Source: Vicugna vicugna
Lineage: Eukaryota
Reading direction: 5' to 3'
NCBI GenBank assembly: GCA_013265495.1
Contig: MU058687.1
Span: 4,834,093-4,898,092, forward strand
Length of the DNA stretch: 64,000 nucleotides
In this document: one piece after another, positions 49,111 to 63,305 of the stretch
Position numbering within the stretch: position 1 is the stretch's first letter
Layout of the letters: each line of letters begins with the position of its first letter
Program-made: the position numbers and the translations under genes
The notes under the pieces: generated by a model
Told to the model about the DNA's origin: nothing
The model's database searches: none
Seen by the model: the letters and a program-made list of their open reading frames with translations, nothing else

Positions 49111-52100
49111 TTAAAAACAAACAGATAAACAAACAAACAAACCCAAACTGATCTACTTTGCAGTGCACAATACTGGGGAGAGGAGTGGAGTTGGAAAGGC
49201 TCATTGAGACAAATCCCTCACCAACATGGAATTCTCTCTTTCAGTCTTAAAGCTCTTCCTCAGATCTCAGCCGTCCTCCCTTCCTTTCCATAGTGCTCCT
49301 TCTCACGCCTTCTTAGCCTATGGCTGTGTTGGGGAGATGCCCCTAGAACACATCTTGATTGTGGGTTGAGGTCAGAATGCCAACGAATTTTATTTTCATG
49401 ACACTTCAAATTCCATGGACATTAAAATCTGAGTTAACATAGCCTTTTTGTGTTCTTGGAGAGAAGGTATTGTTGAAATCCTGTTTCATCCAAGATTTTC
49501 ATGACAACGTTATTCATTCCTACTTTCTTTTATACCAGTACTAGCTATTCATGTCCATTCCTATTTTAATTTCTTTGTCACTGATTAATTGGCATAAACA
49601 AATTATTAGCCTACCAATAGTAGTTGCAGGCTGCATTAGTCTATCATGTCATTGATGACTTGACTTGACTCAGTGAACCTGCCAATAACTTTAGTCGCAC
49701 TGATTGCTGTTTTAGTGCTGTTCCCTCCTCACCATGGTTGTCTCTTCTTCATTTTTCCTCTTAGAATGGTTGTGTCATACTTTTTCATTGGGAGTCATTT
49801 TTAAAGCCTTTACTGTTCTCTGAGCAGAGCATAGTGACATTTCATTGGCAGTTTTCACAGAGCCTTATATCTTAAAATCAGCTTAACTGCATGTAGAATG
49901 TGGAATGCTTTCTTTTGAATGAAAGGTGTTATGCAAACTTAAGTTATTGCTCTTTTTGAAAAATAAAATAGGATAAATTGTCCTGTAAGATAATTTTATC
50001 ACTATAATCAGTGTTTCTTTCCTTGTCTTCTTCTTGGAGAGGATTTATTTCAACTTTCACGGTGAGATCTTTGTCATTTTCACCACATGCTTATGTCAAG
50101 AAAGCCCTTGGATCACAGCCATGATGTGTCTTTGTTGGGCACGTCTTTCAAGTGCTGTTGGCACCTCTCTTAATTGCATGGTTTTAAAATCAGGCTAGCA
50201 ATGTGTTAAAGTTAGATGACAAATTTATCTAAGACAGATATGTAAATTTGTATGTTTTCAAATACACACTTGACCATGAATATATGGATTTCAAAAAAAG
50301 AGCCAAAGAGAGCAAGAGAGGGGGGAGAGGGAAGTCTGTATATAAAATAAAAGCGCCAAGGTAGAAATTGAAGCGTAGTTGTTCGTGCCACTCGCACCTC
50401 AAACTCTACCTGTGAACTTAAGTCCAGCTGGACCCTGTGGGGTTCTTACAGGGGGTGAGGGATGTCTGCCATTTGAACTGAACTGTTTTAGTTGATGAGC
50501 CATGAGGCAGATTAACTTCTGCCTCACTCTTCAGTTGTTCCTGAGTCTCTGTGGAACATATAGTAATAGAATTTTTATTTGTGCCACTAACATTGACAGT
50601 CTTGATTCAGACCACAGAGAGCTGAGATGTTGATTAAGAAATGTCATATTGGCCATGGTTTAAGTGTGTAACAAATGAAGTGAGAGGCTCCATGTTTGTC
50701 TAGCCATGAACCCATTTTAGCAAATGCACTTTGAATTTTAATTTCTTTCTTTATTCAGTAATACCTTTCAAATATGTAGATTTATCTCAGGGAAATTTTT
50801 ATTTTTGCCCAAGACTTATTCATTGTTATATTCCAGTTGTGAGGACTCCAGAATATTGTTCCTTTTAGAAATAAAATTGGGCATATTCAGAATAATGAAT
50901 ATTTAAGAGAGAATGGGCAACAGGATAACTAAGAAAAAGAATCAAATAAGGAAGAGATGGATAAATAAGTGAGAAGTAAGTATAAGTGATTCAGAATATA
51001 TTTTATCAAGAATTGCTTTTTAAGTGGCACTTTCTCTTGCTACAGAAGGCATTATTGAACAGAAACAAGCCCAATGCAATTCAATTTAAATTTATCACTC
51101 TATTATTTTAATATATTTACTCAGGGTTAACAACTCATTAAGCACCAGATTGCTCACTCTTAATGAGTTTCTGATGCTAAAATTGAGCTGACTTAAACTT
51201 TACTGTAAAATAACAACAGTACCATTGCATAAGGATGTGATAAATATTAAGTGAATGCTACTGAGTGCTTATGGAGTGGAAACCAGATTTGTGACATGAA
51301 GTAGAAAATATGTCATATACATGCGGCTTGTAGAAATATGAATAGTAGGTTTTACCCACCAAAAGATGATAAGTCTACATTTGCTTTGCTGTAGTGAAGT
51401 CAATTAACTATGAAGTCATATATATTTTATTTGCACATTTACCTTGTTTCTACAATAAAAGATTTCTAGAATCTATTAAAAAGAATACCAGCATGTAACT
51501 CAAATTCCCTAGGCCCACCAGCCTAAAACTTGTCCAGGTTATGATGATACTGGTCAATACTGAGTTGATGGTCAGAAATTAGCACTCTTAAAATGTTAGC
51601 CAGTTATTTCTTGGGCTTCCATTAGGAGTGTGTCATTCATACCCACAAACCAGTCAATCATCTTTAGACATCATATGGTACCCAAATTAGCCTTTCTCCA
51701 TCACTCTATTGTCCATGAAGCACTGGCCTTAAATCTGATTGCATGTACCCCACCATGAAAACCATCCATCATGAGAGCCACCTACTTCCCTGGTGCAGTA
51801 GCTTAGATAAGCTCCTCCCCAAACTTGCAATTCTCTGGTTGTCAGGGCAACGCTGAGTTTCCCATGGAGATGAGACCAGTGGCCTCTTCCCCAATTCTGT
51901 GCCATGGAATGTCACCCGAGCTAGGAATAAGTTCTGCTTATGCTTCAAATTTAAAATTTTTCTTTTGAATTTCAACTGTTCGTTCAGCTTTTGCTTACAA
52001 TGCATATCTCAAGCCCTACCATCTCCTCCAGCTTCCTAAGGTCTCTCAAGGCCTTAGCTCCAACAACAAATGTTTCCTTCTCTCCTATTATGAAACAGAT

Positions 52101-53054
52101 TCCCTGTGAATATCAATGGAGTAAACAGACACAGTGGTAGTTGGTGGAGGAAAAGAACAGTGAGATGGTATTTAGACTAACAGCACTGGCTGCTGGCACT
52201 GCAAACCAAGAGCCTTGCTATAAATTTATCAGAGTGCCTATGGCTTTGGGCAACATTTAGATGAAAAATATTTATGAAAATATATGCTATTTATGTTTCT
52301 GGATGTGAAACATGCTGTTCATGTAACAAGACATGAAATTTAAAGGAATTCACTTTTACTTGTTTATTCTTTTCTTTCTTTTTTTCTTTTCCTATTAAAG
52401 TTCACTCTTTAATTACCATGCCTTTAGTGAAATCACCATTTAGGAATCATCCTGTATTTCAGTAAAGCAACTTTGTTTTAGGATTTTGAAAATTATTTAA
52501 AATATGCGTAAACCTATATTTTTTGTTCTGCCTTGATCCATAGCATAATATTGTCACAGAACTACAGTTGCCAGAAAAACACAAAGTGAAGCTTAAATTT
52601 AAAATAAATCTTCATAGAAGAATTACAAAAATAAGTCCCTTTACTAGATTTTAAAATGGATATTTGATATATTCATCCAAATTTGAGCAGTAAACCTATA
52701 GCTTAGATACTGTATTTGAGGAAAGTACAATTTGCATGTTTCTTTCAATTTTATATGATTTATGTATTTCACATGAATGAGATTTTTAAAAGATTTATTA
52801 TTGGCTTAGCTTCCACATTTCCATCTTAGTATTTTAAGATACTTAGGTTTTTCATATTTTAAAATTCTGAGATTTTTAAGCATAGTGTTTCCATTTGTGT
52901 AATGGGAGTCCTCTAATTTACTTTTGCCCTTTCTTCCATATTGGTGAACTTTTTTTGGTTTATAATTATTTTCATGGTAGACCCAGTTTCTCATATTGGT
53001 GTTTATTTTAGTGTGTGGATAGAGCAACAGTCTTCTTTGGTTGGTCTTAACTTT

Positions 53055-53362
53055 TGTTTTAGTAAAGTATATCTTACATAGAGTGAAATGCTTAGCTCTT
53101 AAGTGTGCTACTCAATGAATTTTGACAAATGCATACGGTTGTGCACCCTACATGCCCAAAAAGACATAGAAATTGTTAACACCCTCTGAAAGTTCCCTCC
53201 TGCCCATTCCCAGTTCTCTCCTCCCCATAAGCAACCATTCATCTGATCTCTATCGCCATAGTTCAGTTTTTCTTACCCTGGAATTTCATAAAAAATGAAA
53301 TCATATTTTGTATCCTTTTTTGTCTGGCTTCTTTTACTCAACATACTGCTTTCGAGATTTGA
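53055..53362 (-). mobile_element. Old L1 (L1MB/L1ME-type) 3' end
   Basis: 'tcttaagtgtgctactcaatgaattttgacaaatgcatac', 'gaaagttccctcctgcccattcccag', 'tgtctggcttcttttactcaacata'. Confidence 0.85.
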
Positions 53363-55700
53363 TGGATTGCTTTTTAATAACATACGTACCTACAAAGTCT
53401 CATAGGCTTGAAAAAGTCAGAATTTCTTACAAATTAGACATTGTGATTTGCTGCCTACTGAGTGATGATGAAAACAGTGTACTTAAGTGGCTTTTGAGAC
53501 TCTGAGACAGGTTTTTTATGACTAAAATAAAATAATGGTTTTCATCTTCTCCAATTATTACACTGAAATTTCAGCATTCCTTTATAAATTAAATAACTTA
53601 ATTAGCCTAATTGTGACTTCAACCCAAAGACTAGGTCACAAAGACTTTTTCTTTGTAATATATCTTCATACTCAATCTCCTGAATACTAATGAATCCCAC
53701 TTTCTACTAATAGTAAGAGCAACTAACAAATTGGTTACATATTTTCATCTTGTATATCTTTAATAAACAATTTACTAACATGATTTTCTAAGACCTTCAC
53801 ATTCTTAGGTAAAGAAAGACAATGTGATTAAGATTAGACCATCTAGCTAAAATCCCAAAGAGCTATTTAACTTGAAGTACAAGTCAAGCATAGATTTTAT
53901 CATCTGTCTACAAACAATAATTTTGTAAATGGAAAAAGAAGATGAGGCAAGAAGTGGAAAAATGCCTAGAAGAATAGCAGATGAAGTTCAGAAGTTTCTA
54001 GCTTTGGGTTTGATGAAAAATAATGACACATCTGACATCATTTAGAATCTTATTTGAAAAATAAGTTATATATTTTAATTTTCTGGTATTTTAAATGGGA
54101 AAATATATAGTAATTACTTGTTTTCATCTCCTTTTTTGATGCTGCATATCTGTCATAGTATAAAGTTATGTTTTTGCAGTAAGATTTATTAGGCTGGTGA
54201 TTCATATTTTAGCCTCTTTTCACATAGAATCCTTGAAAAACCTCTTGACTTTATTTTGAGATATCTCTCCTCCCTTACTATTGATTGCTTTTAGTATCAA
54301 TTCAATAAGTGAGAAGAAACTACTGTTATAATCATTTATCTCCTTAAGAAAATAAAACTCTAGAATTTAGAAAATGAGAGGATAAAGGTATTTCAAAAAA
54401 TATTTGTGCGTATTTATTTATATATGTGTGTGTTAAATATCAGCATTTTAAAAATCATTGTAGGGTAAAATAAACAAACCAAAAAAAGCATCAGTGTTTT
54501 TCATTGATCCAGTGCGACTTCAGAATGAAACACAAATTTAATTATGGTAGCAGAGGTAATAACTTTCAATTTGATGGATCCTTATTTAACAAAGAGGCAG
54601 TTTTAGAAAATAAAATGTTAACCAATATGATATTTTGGCCTCTTCAGCACCACAGGCAATTGGGACAGCTCCACTGGTCTGAATAATAAAATGGTAATAA
54701 CCTCAGTTAGAATAAGTAATTATTTTACTGGTACAGATGCACTTGGCTTTACAATAGATGCCCTCCTAAGGTGCTGTGTGGACATCATTTTCTAAATGTA
54801 GAATAATTATTTAAATGTATTAGGGCAGCTCATTGCTTAGAGAAACCTTTTGAAGTTTTCTTTTATAATGTGAAAAACACCAATACTGACCCATCTGTTT
54901 TGTGAATTAGGGCTTTTTCATACTAGTTTTGTTGAAAAGTGACACATTCATCTAAATGTAAAAGTTTCTTTGAAAATGATGTCTTAAGTATATATAATTT
55001 AGCTGTTATCTGATATAAATGCATTGATAATTTAGTGGTTCACAATCTAGAGGAAGTAGGAAGAGATCTATCAGAATCATTGGACCTGGGGGTGTATTTG
55101 AACATCCTTCCCCTGCTCTGATAAAAATTTGTGCTATAGAGAGCCACTGATACTACTCACAGTGTGTTGGATCCTTCAGTAATTTGAGAATCAAGAAAAA
55201 AAAATGAAGAATTACAACCTGGAGATACTATAATATAAATATTATATCCTTTTGGTTCTACATCCTTTTAATGAAGATGGTCCCTAGAATAAGTTATGGT
55301 CTGAAGTCGTTCAAGTGCCATCTCAGCCTAAGAAGAAATTCCAGCTCCTAGAGAATGATGATCTGATTTTTTTCTTTTTTTTTTTTCCCTTGGCAATTGA
55401 TACTCTGAACATCAATTTCTCATCACTTTGGCACTTCAAGGAATTCTCTGACAGTAGAAAAGGGTTCATGTCTTGAGGGATGATGGCCCAAAAGTCTACA
55501 GGATATAAGCTTAGGAAAGATGGCTGAAAGGGAGAACAATTTTGAGTCTCACTGTTGGGAGTTTACGTAACAGATAACAGGAGCAGCCTTGAGTTCATCT
55601 GAGTGCCTTGGGGACTCCCTTAGGTGTAAGTTTGTGTTTATTTAACATGAATGGTTTCTTCTAGATATATCCTTCCAAGACATCATGATTCTTTTTTACT

Positions 55701-55825
55701 TTCTTTTTTTTTTTGGAGGGGGGGTTGTTAATTAGGTTTATTTATGTATTTATTTTTAGAGGAGGTCCTGGGGATTGAACACAGAACCTCGTGCATGCTA
55801 AGCATGTGCTCTACCACTTGAGCTA
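55701..55825 (-). mobile_element. tRNA-Ala-derived SINE (Vic-1-like), slightly 5'-truncated
   Basis: Reverse complement reads TAGCTCAAGTGGTAGAGCACATGCTTAGCATGCACGAGGTTCTGTGTTCAATCCCCAGGACCTCC followed by the AATAAACCTAATTA tail and poly-A. Confidence 0.92.
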
Positions 55826-56814
55826 AATAATTATGATGATTTTAATTCTCTTTTTCCCCATGAATTAGACAATTCCAAGACTACTTGTGTATAGTTTGTC
55901 AACATTTTAAACATTTGTTGATCCCACACAATTGATATAATTTATACATAATTTAATTAAAAATTAATTGTTGTTCATTAGTGCTTGATTCTAACAGTAC
56001 TAAAAATACCTTCCAAAATTATTCAGTTGCAGGAGTTCACTGCATGTTTTATGGTAGCCAGCCTGCATTTGCCAGTGCTGCCTGTCTATCCAGCCAGCTG
56101 TAGTTCTGTTCTCTAAGATAATAAAATTGGAGTAACAGAGCACCTGCCTTCAGTACATACCTTGTCTTGTTCATATTGTAGACAATCACCTAGAGATGAA
56201 AAGACATATGGGATATTATTTCTAGTCAATGACTTCCATTCTGTGTGCATTAAATACATGGAATTTAGCTTTCATTTTCCTGGTTGTTAATGATGAAAGT
56301 CTGAGATGTAATATGAGAAAAGGAAAGCTTGTACTATCAGTTCATCTAATACTATGCTGTTTAATGTAATAGCTACTAGACATATTGACTATTGAGTAGC
56401 TAAAATAAGGCTAGTATGAATGAGGAGATGAGTTTTAAATTTTATTTAAGTACCATCAATAGAAATTTAAAATTGAAAACTGAATGAAGAGGATGAAGCA
56501 TAAGCCTTCCTTTAGTGGAGACATTCACATGTTAAAGATTAGCATCCCCAGTTCACTCCTCTGGTACTGCTTATTAAGCAGAGGGAGCAGATTATTCCTA
56601 AATAACTTCAGTGAGGGATTTGTAAGAAAGGGCTTTGTATCATATTTTGTCCTTCAGAAATGAACCTTTTTAGCTGTCCCAGTGAAGAAACTGTTTTGCT
56701 TGAAGAAAACATTGAAAACTGAAGCAATGTAAAATATTTTCCATTAAACACAACTTCATTGTTTTGATGAGACTATTATTTTACTTAAAGCTTTGATTAA
56801 TTTATTATGGAATT

Positions 56815-57066
56815 GCAATGTTCAGTGTAAGTATAAAATATATATTAGATTTTGAAGACTTAATATTTAAAAAGATAAATTACCTCATTAATAATTTTTA
56901 TATTAATTAGATGTTAAAATGGTAACATTTTTAATAGTTTGGCTACATAAAATACAGTATTAAAATTAATTTAATGTATTTCTTTGTACTGTCTTTTTAA
57001 ACATGGTTCCTAGGAAATTTATAATTACATGGGTGGTTCACACTGTATTTCTATGGAACAGAGCTG
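56815..57066. mobile_element. MER33-like hAT-Charlie DNA transposon fossil (one half)
   Basis: 'gtaagtataaaatatattagattttgaagacttaat...ctcattaataatttttatatt...attaaaattaattt...attacatgggtggttcacactgtatttctatggaacagagctg'. Confidence 0.8.
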
Positions 57067-57424
57067 ATCCAGAACATTCTGAAATAGGTGGCAATTATTC
57101 TTCTATGATCACATAAAGAAAAAACTAACCCAAGGCTGAAGATTAGTTATACAAATGTGAAGACAATGGGTTTTCTCCATCATTGGTGACATGAGGGAAA
57201 GGGTCTCTTTCTCATTTTATAAGAGGACCAAACTTGGGCTTTATACTCTTTTTGGCCCATTATGTTGTTCTATGAAGTTTTCTCATATTCTTGCCATTGT
57301 GTAGTATATTCTTTCTGGCAACAGATTTAAGGTGTTTTTTTTTTTCTCCCCCATGCTTCCTTTTTGGTCCGTGAAATACGCATTTTGAGGACAGGTGAGC
57401 TGCTAGTTCAGAGAGCAGTAAAGA

Positions 57425-57630
57425 TTCAGCATGATATAGTTGGAAAGATGTGAGTTTGAATCTTCATTCAAACAGTTATCTGCTACATGACCCTGGGGAA
57501 ATTCTTTTTGTAAATTTCAGCTTGCTTCGTCTAAAAATGATACCTAATAGGGAAATTTGGGATGTCAAAATTAATGAGAGTTAAAAGAAACAAGAAATAT
57601 GAAAATACCTAGTATGTCGCAGGTCCTCAG
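57425..57630 (+). mobile_element. MIR fragment
   Basis: 'cagcatgatatagttggaaag...tgagtttgaatc...catgaccctggggaaat...gaaaatacctagta'. Confidence 0.6.
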
Positions 57631-58844
57631 ATGTGTTCTGAACCAAGACCATCGTAAGCTTTCAATTTCTATCTTTGCTTAGTGAACATATGGAATTATA
57701 ACCATTAAGATACACACAGCAGTGAGTCTGACCTGCATACCAGCTTGCCAGAATGATCCCCTCACTGGTGAAGGGAAAGTCCCGTTTCTCTACTATCTCA
57801 CTCCCTCTTTTTATACTCTGAAGCCTTTTGGTTCCTCCACTTGCATCGAAATTAAATTATTACTTTGATTAGATCAAAAGATTGTCCCTGGTTGCGAGGA
57901 GAAGAAGGACGACTTTAAGCTAGCACTAATCCCTTAATGCACCATGGTATTTTGGTACATTTTTTTTCCCTAGCATGGAAATTATTTTCCAGCCTTCTCT
58001 GATGTACTGAAAGTCCTTTACCAACATCAGCCCTATACAAGTTAACCTGATACGAGATTTGTCTTGTGCTTTGGAAATGCTTGTCAGACAAGCTTTCAAC
58101 ACAGAGATGTGTGATTTACATTCGTTTGCATAAGAAAATACCACTCCAGGGACGAATTTCTCTCTTTCTTCCTTCTTGTACTACCAAACAGACGAAGAGG
58201 GTCAGGTGGTTGTTTCTTAGTAAGCGGATAAATCATTTGGGAGTCACAGGAAATACAAAATGCAGCGTTCCCATTAGTCTCACCTGGGAACTACCTGCAG
58301 CGCTCGCCGGTGGCCCATTTGTATTACAGCGTTGCTGTCACTGTTATTACTATTGGGTTTTTTTTTTCCAGTTTGGGTACATTTTCCAACCTTGAATTTT
58401 TTAATCTATTTCCATAATTATTTAAGGACTCCTGACAGTGATGCCATGGTCACCTATACAAGTTCTCTCAATATGTCAGAATAGTACTCATTTGCGCCTT
58501 ATCTTTGAATTCACAGGGAGAATCAAATTGCTCCCTGATTCTCCCCTCTCTGGCCTGGAGTTTATCTTCCTTCATAACCATGTGTATTGTGATTCTTCTG
58601 ATGTGAAGATCATTTCTCTTGTGAGGAAAAATAAAAAAGTACCTAGTCCAACTTCCCGAATGTCATCACACCTCTGTTTTAAGCAGTACCCCTGAACCTT
58701 CCCTGTTATGCCCAGACAGGTCATAAATGCCACACGCCTATCCCAAAGCAAAGCAAAACAAAATCTTACTCTGTGGGTTATTATTGGCCTTTTGTGCCAA
58801 GATTCAGTTGATCCCAGTCTTCAATTTACCTGATACTATTCGTA

Positions 58845-59115
58845 ACAATGACAGTGATCAGTGTATATAGAGCTTATTCTGTTACGAGTGTGGTTCTGAA
58901 CACTTTACAGTATTTACTCAGGTGACAGTAACAACAATTGCTTTAGGTGGAGATTATTATTAATAGCTCCATTTTATTGATGTGGAAACTGAAACTCACT
59001 GAAGTTAAGTGGCTTGTGTAAAGACGTAAAACCAAACGGTGGTAGAGCTGAGGTTTGAGGTTTGAATTCAGGCAGTCTGGTTCCAGGTCCATGGTCTTTT
59101 ATCATTACCCCATGC
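58845..59115 (-). mobile_element. MIR SINE, near full length
   Basis: 'ctccattttattgatgtggaaactgaaactcactgaagttaagtggcttg...ggtagagctgaggtttga...caggcagtctggttccagg'. Confidence 0.85.
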
Positions 59116-59624
59116 TTCAGTCTCTACGTATAGGATAAGCCTCCTTTAATGTTCTTCCCTGATTTTGTGAACCTTACTCTATCTTTGATAACCTTTAAAA
59201 CTCTGAGCTTCTTAGAGATTTTCCAGTGTGTCTAGTAAAATTTCTTTAGGCCGTCTGAATAGCCTCTGGATGGAAGAGAGCGTGTTTTCTATCACACGTA
59301 AAACCCACACGAGTACTTCACATGCACAAAGGGGGAGGTCAGAGCCTGAAGGGGAAAATATCAGAGCATAATTAAGGATGATAAAATTCAAAGGAAGATA
59401 AAACCTCAAATATTTTAAGGTCAAATACTGGAATCTCCAGAGACACTGTCCTGGTTCAGCAGCAAGGGAAGGGAAGTAACATAAGGGCGATTCAGCAGGG
59501 GAGAGGTGTGAGGCCAACAGAGTTAAATCAGGGAAGCCAGCAGGGAAGCTCTGCAGATCCAGCTTTGGAGGAGGATACCCCAAGAGGGGAGGAGAGAAGG
59601 ATAAAGATTTCCTATTGTCCTGGC

Positions 59625-60377
59625 GACTTTAAACACGGCGGACACTAGCCCCCAGGACTTGGCGTCTAATGCCATTCTCCAGTAAAAGGAACCAGGGGTC
59701 CTTGGAAAAATGGCTGATTCTGAGACTGGAGCATCTTGTAGGGACCAAAAATAAGAAAATACAGACAGACAGAGAGACAGAAAAAAAGTATACTATGAAA
59801 AAGGGGAAAGAGAGTAATTTTTATTGAGGAAAACTCATAAACACTCAGTCACTAATCAAAGTCAATATCAATTAATATAATCATGCTGATAATATGTACC
59901 CTTAATATGATATGATGAAAATGGAACTGTAGCACTGTGATCTCTTCCAAAAAACCCAAAACCACAGTCTCATCAGGAGAAAAAATGCCTGACAAATCTT
60001 GATTGAGGGACATTCTACAAAATAACTGACCAGTATTCCTGAAAAATGTCAAGGTCATTAAAAACAAGGGAAGCCTGAGAAACTGTCCCAGCCAAGAAGA
60101 GCATAAGGAGGTATAAATTTAATGTGATATCCTAGATGGAATCTGAAATGGAAAAAAGAACATCAGGTAAAAACTAAGGCCGTCAGAATAAAGTATGGGC
60201 TTTGATTCATAATAATGCATCAATATTGGTTCATTAATAGTGACAAATGTACTGTATGAATGTAATATGTTAATAACGGGTTAAGCTGGATATGGTAGGT
60301 GAGACTTCTTCCCACTATCTCTGCAACTTTTCTGTCAATCTAAAACCACTCCAAAATTAAAACTTCATTTAAAAAAT
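59625..60377 (+). mobile_element. L1MC/L1MD-type 3'UTR fragment
   Basis: 'ccattctccagtaaaaggaaccagggg...aaatggctgattct', 'ttgagggacattctacaaaataactgaccagta', 'atcaatattggttcattaat', ending 'tgcaacttttctgtcaatctaaaa...aaaaa'. Confidence 0.88.
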
Positions 60378-61599
60378 TCAATGACAGAGGCTCACTGTTG
60401 ACAAGCCAACCCAGAGAAGCTCTAGGGGAAATGGCCCTGGTGCTTTATCACATCATCATTAAGGGGTCATCAGAAAGTAAGATAATGGAGTCCTCTGACA
60501 TGTGATGTACAAAAGTCAACATAAGGCCAACCTCTGACAATGCAATTGTCCATTCCTTCTCTATGGTTCATTCAATATCCGCAAATTTCTGATCTCCTAG
60601 AATAACCTGTAGTCTCAGATTTGAAGAGACTTTCTCATACTTACTACAGCATGTGCATGTGAGTATCTGTGTACCTGAATGCATGCGGTGATAAGGGGCA
60701 GTATTAAGTAGAGCATAATAATAACGAAGGGGCCTGGAAATACCTGAGGTTGGTGCTGGCTGTGCTGTGCACACTCACATCTCGGCGTTCCAGAGAGATT
60801 GTCACTGCCACTTCTTCCTTAAGGGATGAAACACTGAATACTGTAGAAACATGAGTGAAAGAGAGAGAGTCCCCTTGAATATCCTTGTGGCACAGCCAGG
60901 CTGTCACCTGGCCCTTCTGCTTTTAGTCTCTGGTGTCTACGTAGGGCTTCTCAGATACTGGTCCTCACAGCAAGGCATTGACTCCAAGGTTTGCAGGGAG
61001 CTCTTCTCAACTCCAACCAATAGGATTGAGGTCTGTTTTCCTCCTTGTACTTAGAAGCCCTTTCTGTGCGGGGTTGTATTCTGCTCCGGCTCTTTGTTGC
61101 TGCTCCTAGTGGGAGCAGTGGGATCCCCAGGCTGTCCTGTACCTCTGCTTTCTACCCTGCACGCTGATCCCACCCAACAAATAGATCCTTCATGCTCTTC
61201 CTCATTTGGGGTAAATTGCCTGAGTTGACCACACTTTCATGAACAGTATCCCTCTTTATTCCCAAGGTGCAACACTCCTTTTCTCTCTGTCCTGAGCAAG
61301 CCCCTGTTTCTATAAGCTTCCTCCTGACTCCTCTTTGACCGGAGTGTATCCTGTTACCATGTGAAACAGCCAGTGCCTTGGGTTCCCAGCTAGTTAGATT
61401 TCTTATCATGATGATCTTCATTCCAAAATCGTCTTAGAGGTCGCTTTCAGTTCATTTCATTAAAACAGAGGTTACAGACTCATATGCTTAGAGGCGGCAT
61501 ATAAAATAAATGATCTGGTTGGGACTAAAGTCAGGAAAACAATAGTTGAGGTGAGACTGGCACTAACTCTTGGCCTCCCTGTCCCGGAGACAACAGAGA

Positions 61600-61866
61600 G
61601 TGGTGGGGACTGTGGCACCCTGGAGAACCCAGTCTCAGGGAGGCAGCCACTGCTCAGCTGCTGGTCCTTACTGCACAGGAATGCTGAGCCCGACCTGTGA
61701 AATTTTCTCATTTTGCAAGACTAGCCAGAAATCAAGACTTCTACGTTCACTCTTTGAATTCATTACCTGTGTTTAAAATCCCTTTTATTTAAAACACTGA
61801 TCGGGCTAAATGAAACAAATCCAGGAGCAAGATATTACTCACCTACTGCAGGAGCACTGCCTCTGC
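61600..61866 (+). mobile_element. MER103C-like DNA transposon fossil
   Basis: 'aggcagccactgctcagct...caagactagccagaaatcaagacttcta...aaaacactgatcgggctaaatgaaacaaatc...cctctg'. Confidence 0.55.
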
Positions 61867-62779
61867 ATTTAAAGAAGAAAGAGCATAATCCTTTCTTCAT
61901 AATCACTGTGCTGCGTGAACAGGATTAATAGCCCAGTTATAGGCTAACAATTTCAGAGCAACCGTGTAGTTATTATGTGTTGTATATATGAAATTGTGTC
62001 ATAATGAGCTATCTCATAACAAGATCGTGCAGGCTGTAAAACCATGTTACAGTTTCAAGAGAGAGCAGCTCCTGAGTTAGCTGACAGTGGTTTTGTTTCT
62101 TTCCATGTCACTTCGTTTCGAATTGAAAACAAACAAACAAAAAAGCTCACCCGACTCCTTCTCCATTGCGAGATTAACAGTGATGTACAGTGTTTTTCTC
62201 ATCTTATTTTCTTAAAATAATATTTCCCATATCTTTCTGTATGTTACTCCGACCTATTGCAACCTCCCTCCGGATAATGCCCCCACTGGTGTCATGTGTG
62301 TGCTGGGGTGTGAGGTCAGTTCACGTGGTGTTTCAGAGTCACTTGTTTCCTCTCTCTGCCAGATGAGAATTTAATAACTAAAGGTTGCCAAAGACAAAAC
62401 CTTTACTGCTTAAACACACATTTAAGAAAAGATTTAGCCACTTTCTCTAAGAACTAGAAAATATTTGAAATTTAGAGATAAGCCCATTTTTTTTGGTAAC
62501 TTTCTTTGAAATATACTTTTCTGTATTTGATCTTTATCCATTTCACATCGACTAGTATGTATAATTCTTGAATGATCCCTAAATCGAACTTGTAACCATA
62601 TTTTCAACTACCTCCCAGGTAGCTCTGCTGGAATTAACTTTTGGCATTTTATTGTGGCTCAAGTCGCTCACTTTCCTTTATTCCACATGCTACTTACCTC
62701 CCCTGTACAGAGGCTGAGGGCTTCGGGGGTCAACTCTAACATCCCTCACCTTCAAACCAACGAGTAGCCAAGCCCTACT

Positions 62780-62970
62780 TAATCCACATCTGAAATGCAT
62801 CTGGGATCCAGTTCTTGAGCCCTTCCATTTCTCACCAGGACTGTTACAGTAGCTTCTGAGCTGATACCTTAGAACTGCCTTCTCTCTAATGCATTATTCA
62901 CAAGTTCCCCAAAATTATTTTCTTTAAAACAGAATGGTAACTTTGCTTCATTACAAGACTGTCAGGGCAC
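62780..62970 (+). mobile_element. L2 fragment
   Basis: 'catttctcaccaggactgttacagtagcttctgagctg...tttctttaaaacagaat...actttgctt'. Confidence 0.6.
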
Positions 62971-63146
62971 TCCGTTGGCCAGAGGGCATGGGGAACAGTG
63001 AGCACCAACACACTCCGCCTCTTTATTGTAGAATTTCAACACCTGCTACGTCTTTTGAGCATCATTCTCTACTTTATCCCCTTCCGAGGCCTGAGCCGCA
63101 ACCACCCTTGTCTTATTGTTCCTTCATCTCTCCTGCTCTCTCAGGC

Positions 63147-63183
63147 GTGTGTGTGTGTGTGTGTGTGTCTGTGTGTGTGTGTG
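63147..63183. repeat. (TG)n microsatellite, interrupted
   Basis: Directly visible. Confidence 0.95.
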
Positions 63184-63251
63184 TTATTCTTCTACCTCAT
63201 TTTGACAGAAGGCCTACCTTGGATTACAAAAAAGCCTTGTTCACATTTTCC

Positions 63252-63305
63252 TTCTCTATGATGAAGGATATTTGTGTCTTTCTCTTTGATGAAGGATATT
63301 GGTGT
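63252..63305. repeat. 28-bp tandem duplication
   Basis: ttctctatgatgaaggatatttgtgtct / ttctctttgatgaaggatattggtgt. Confidence 0.85.
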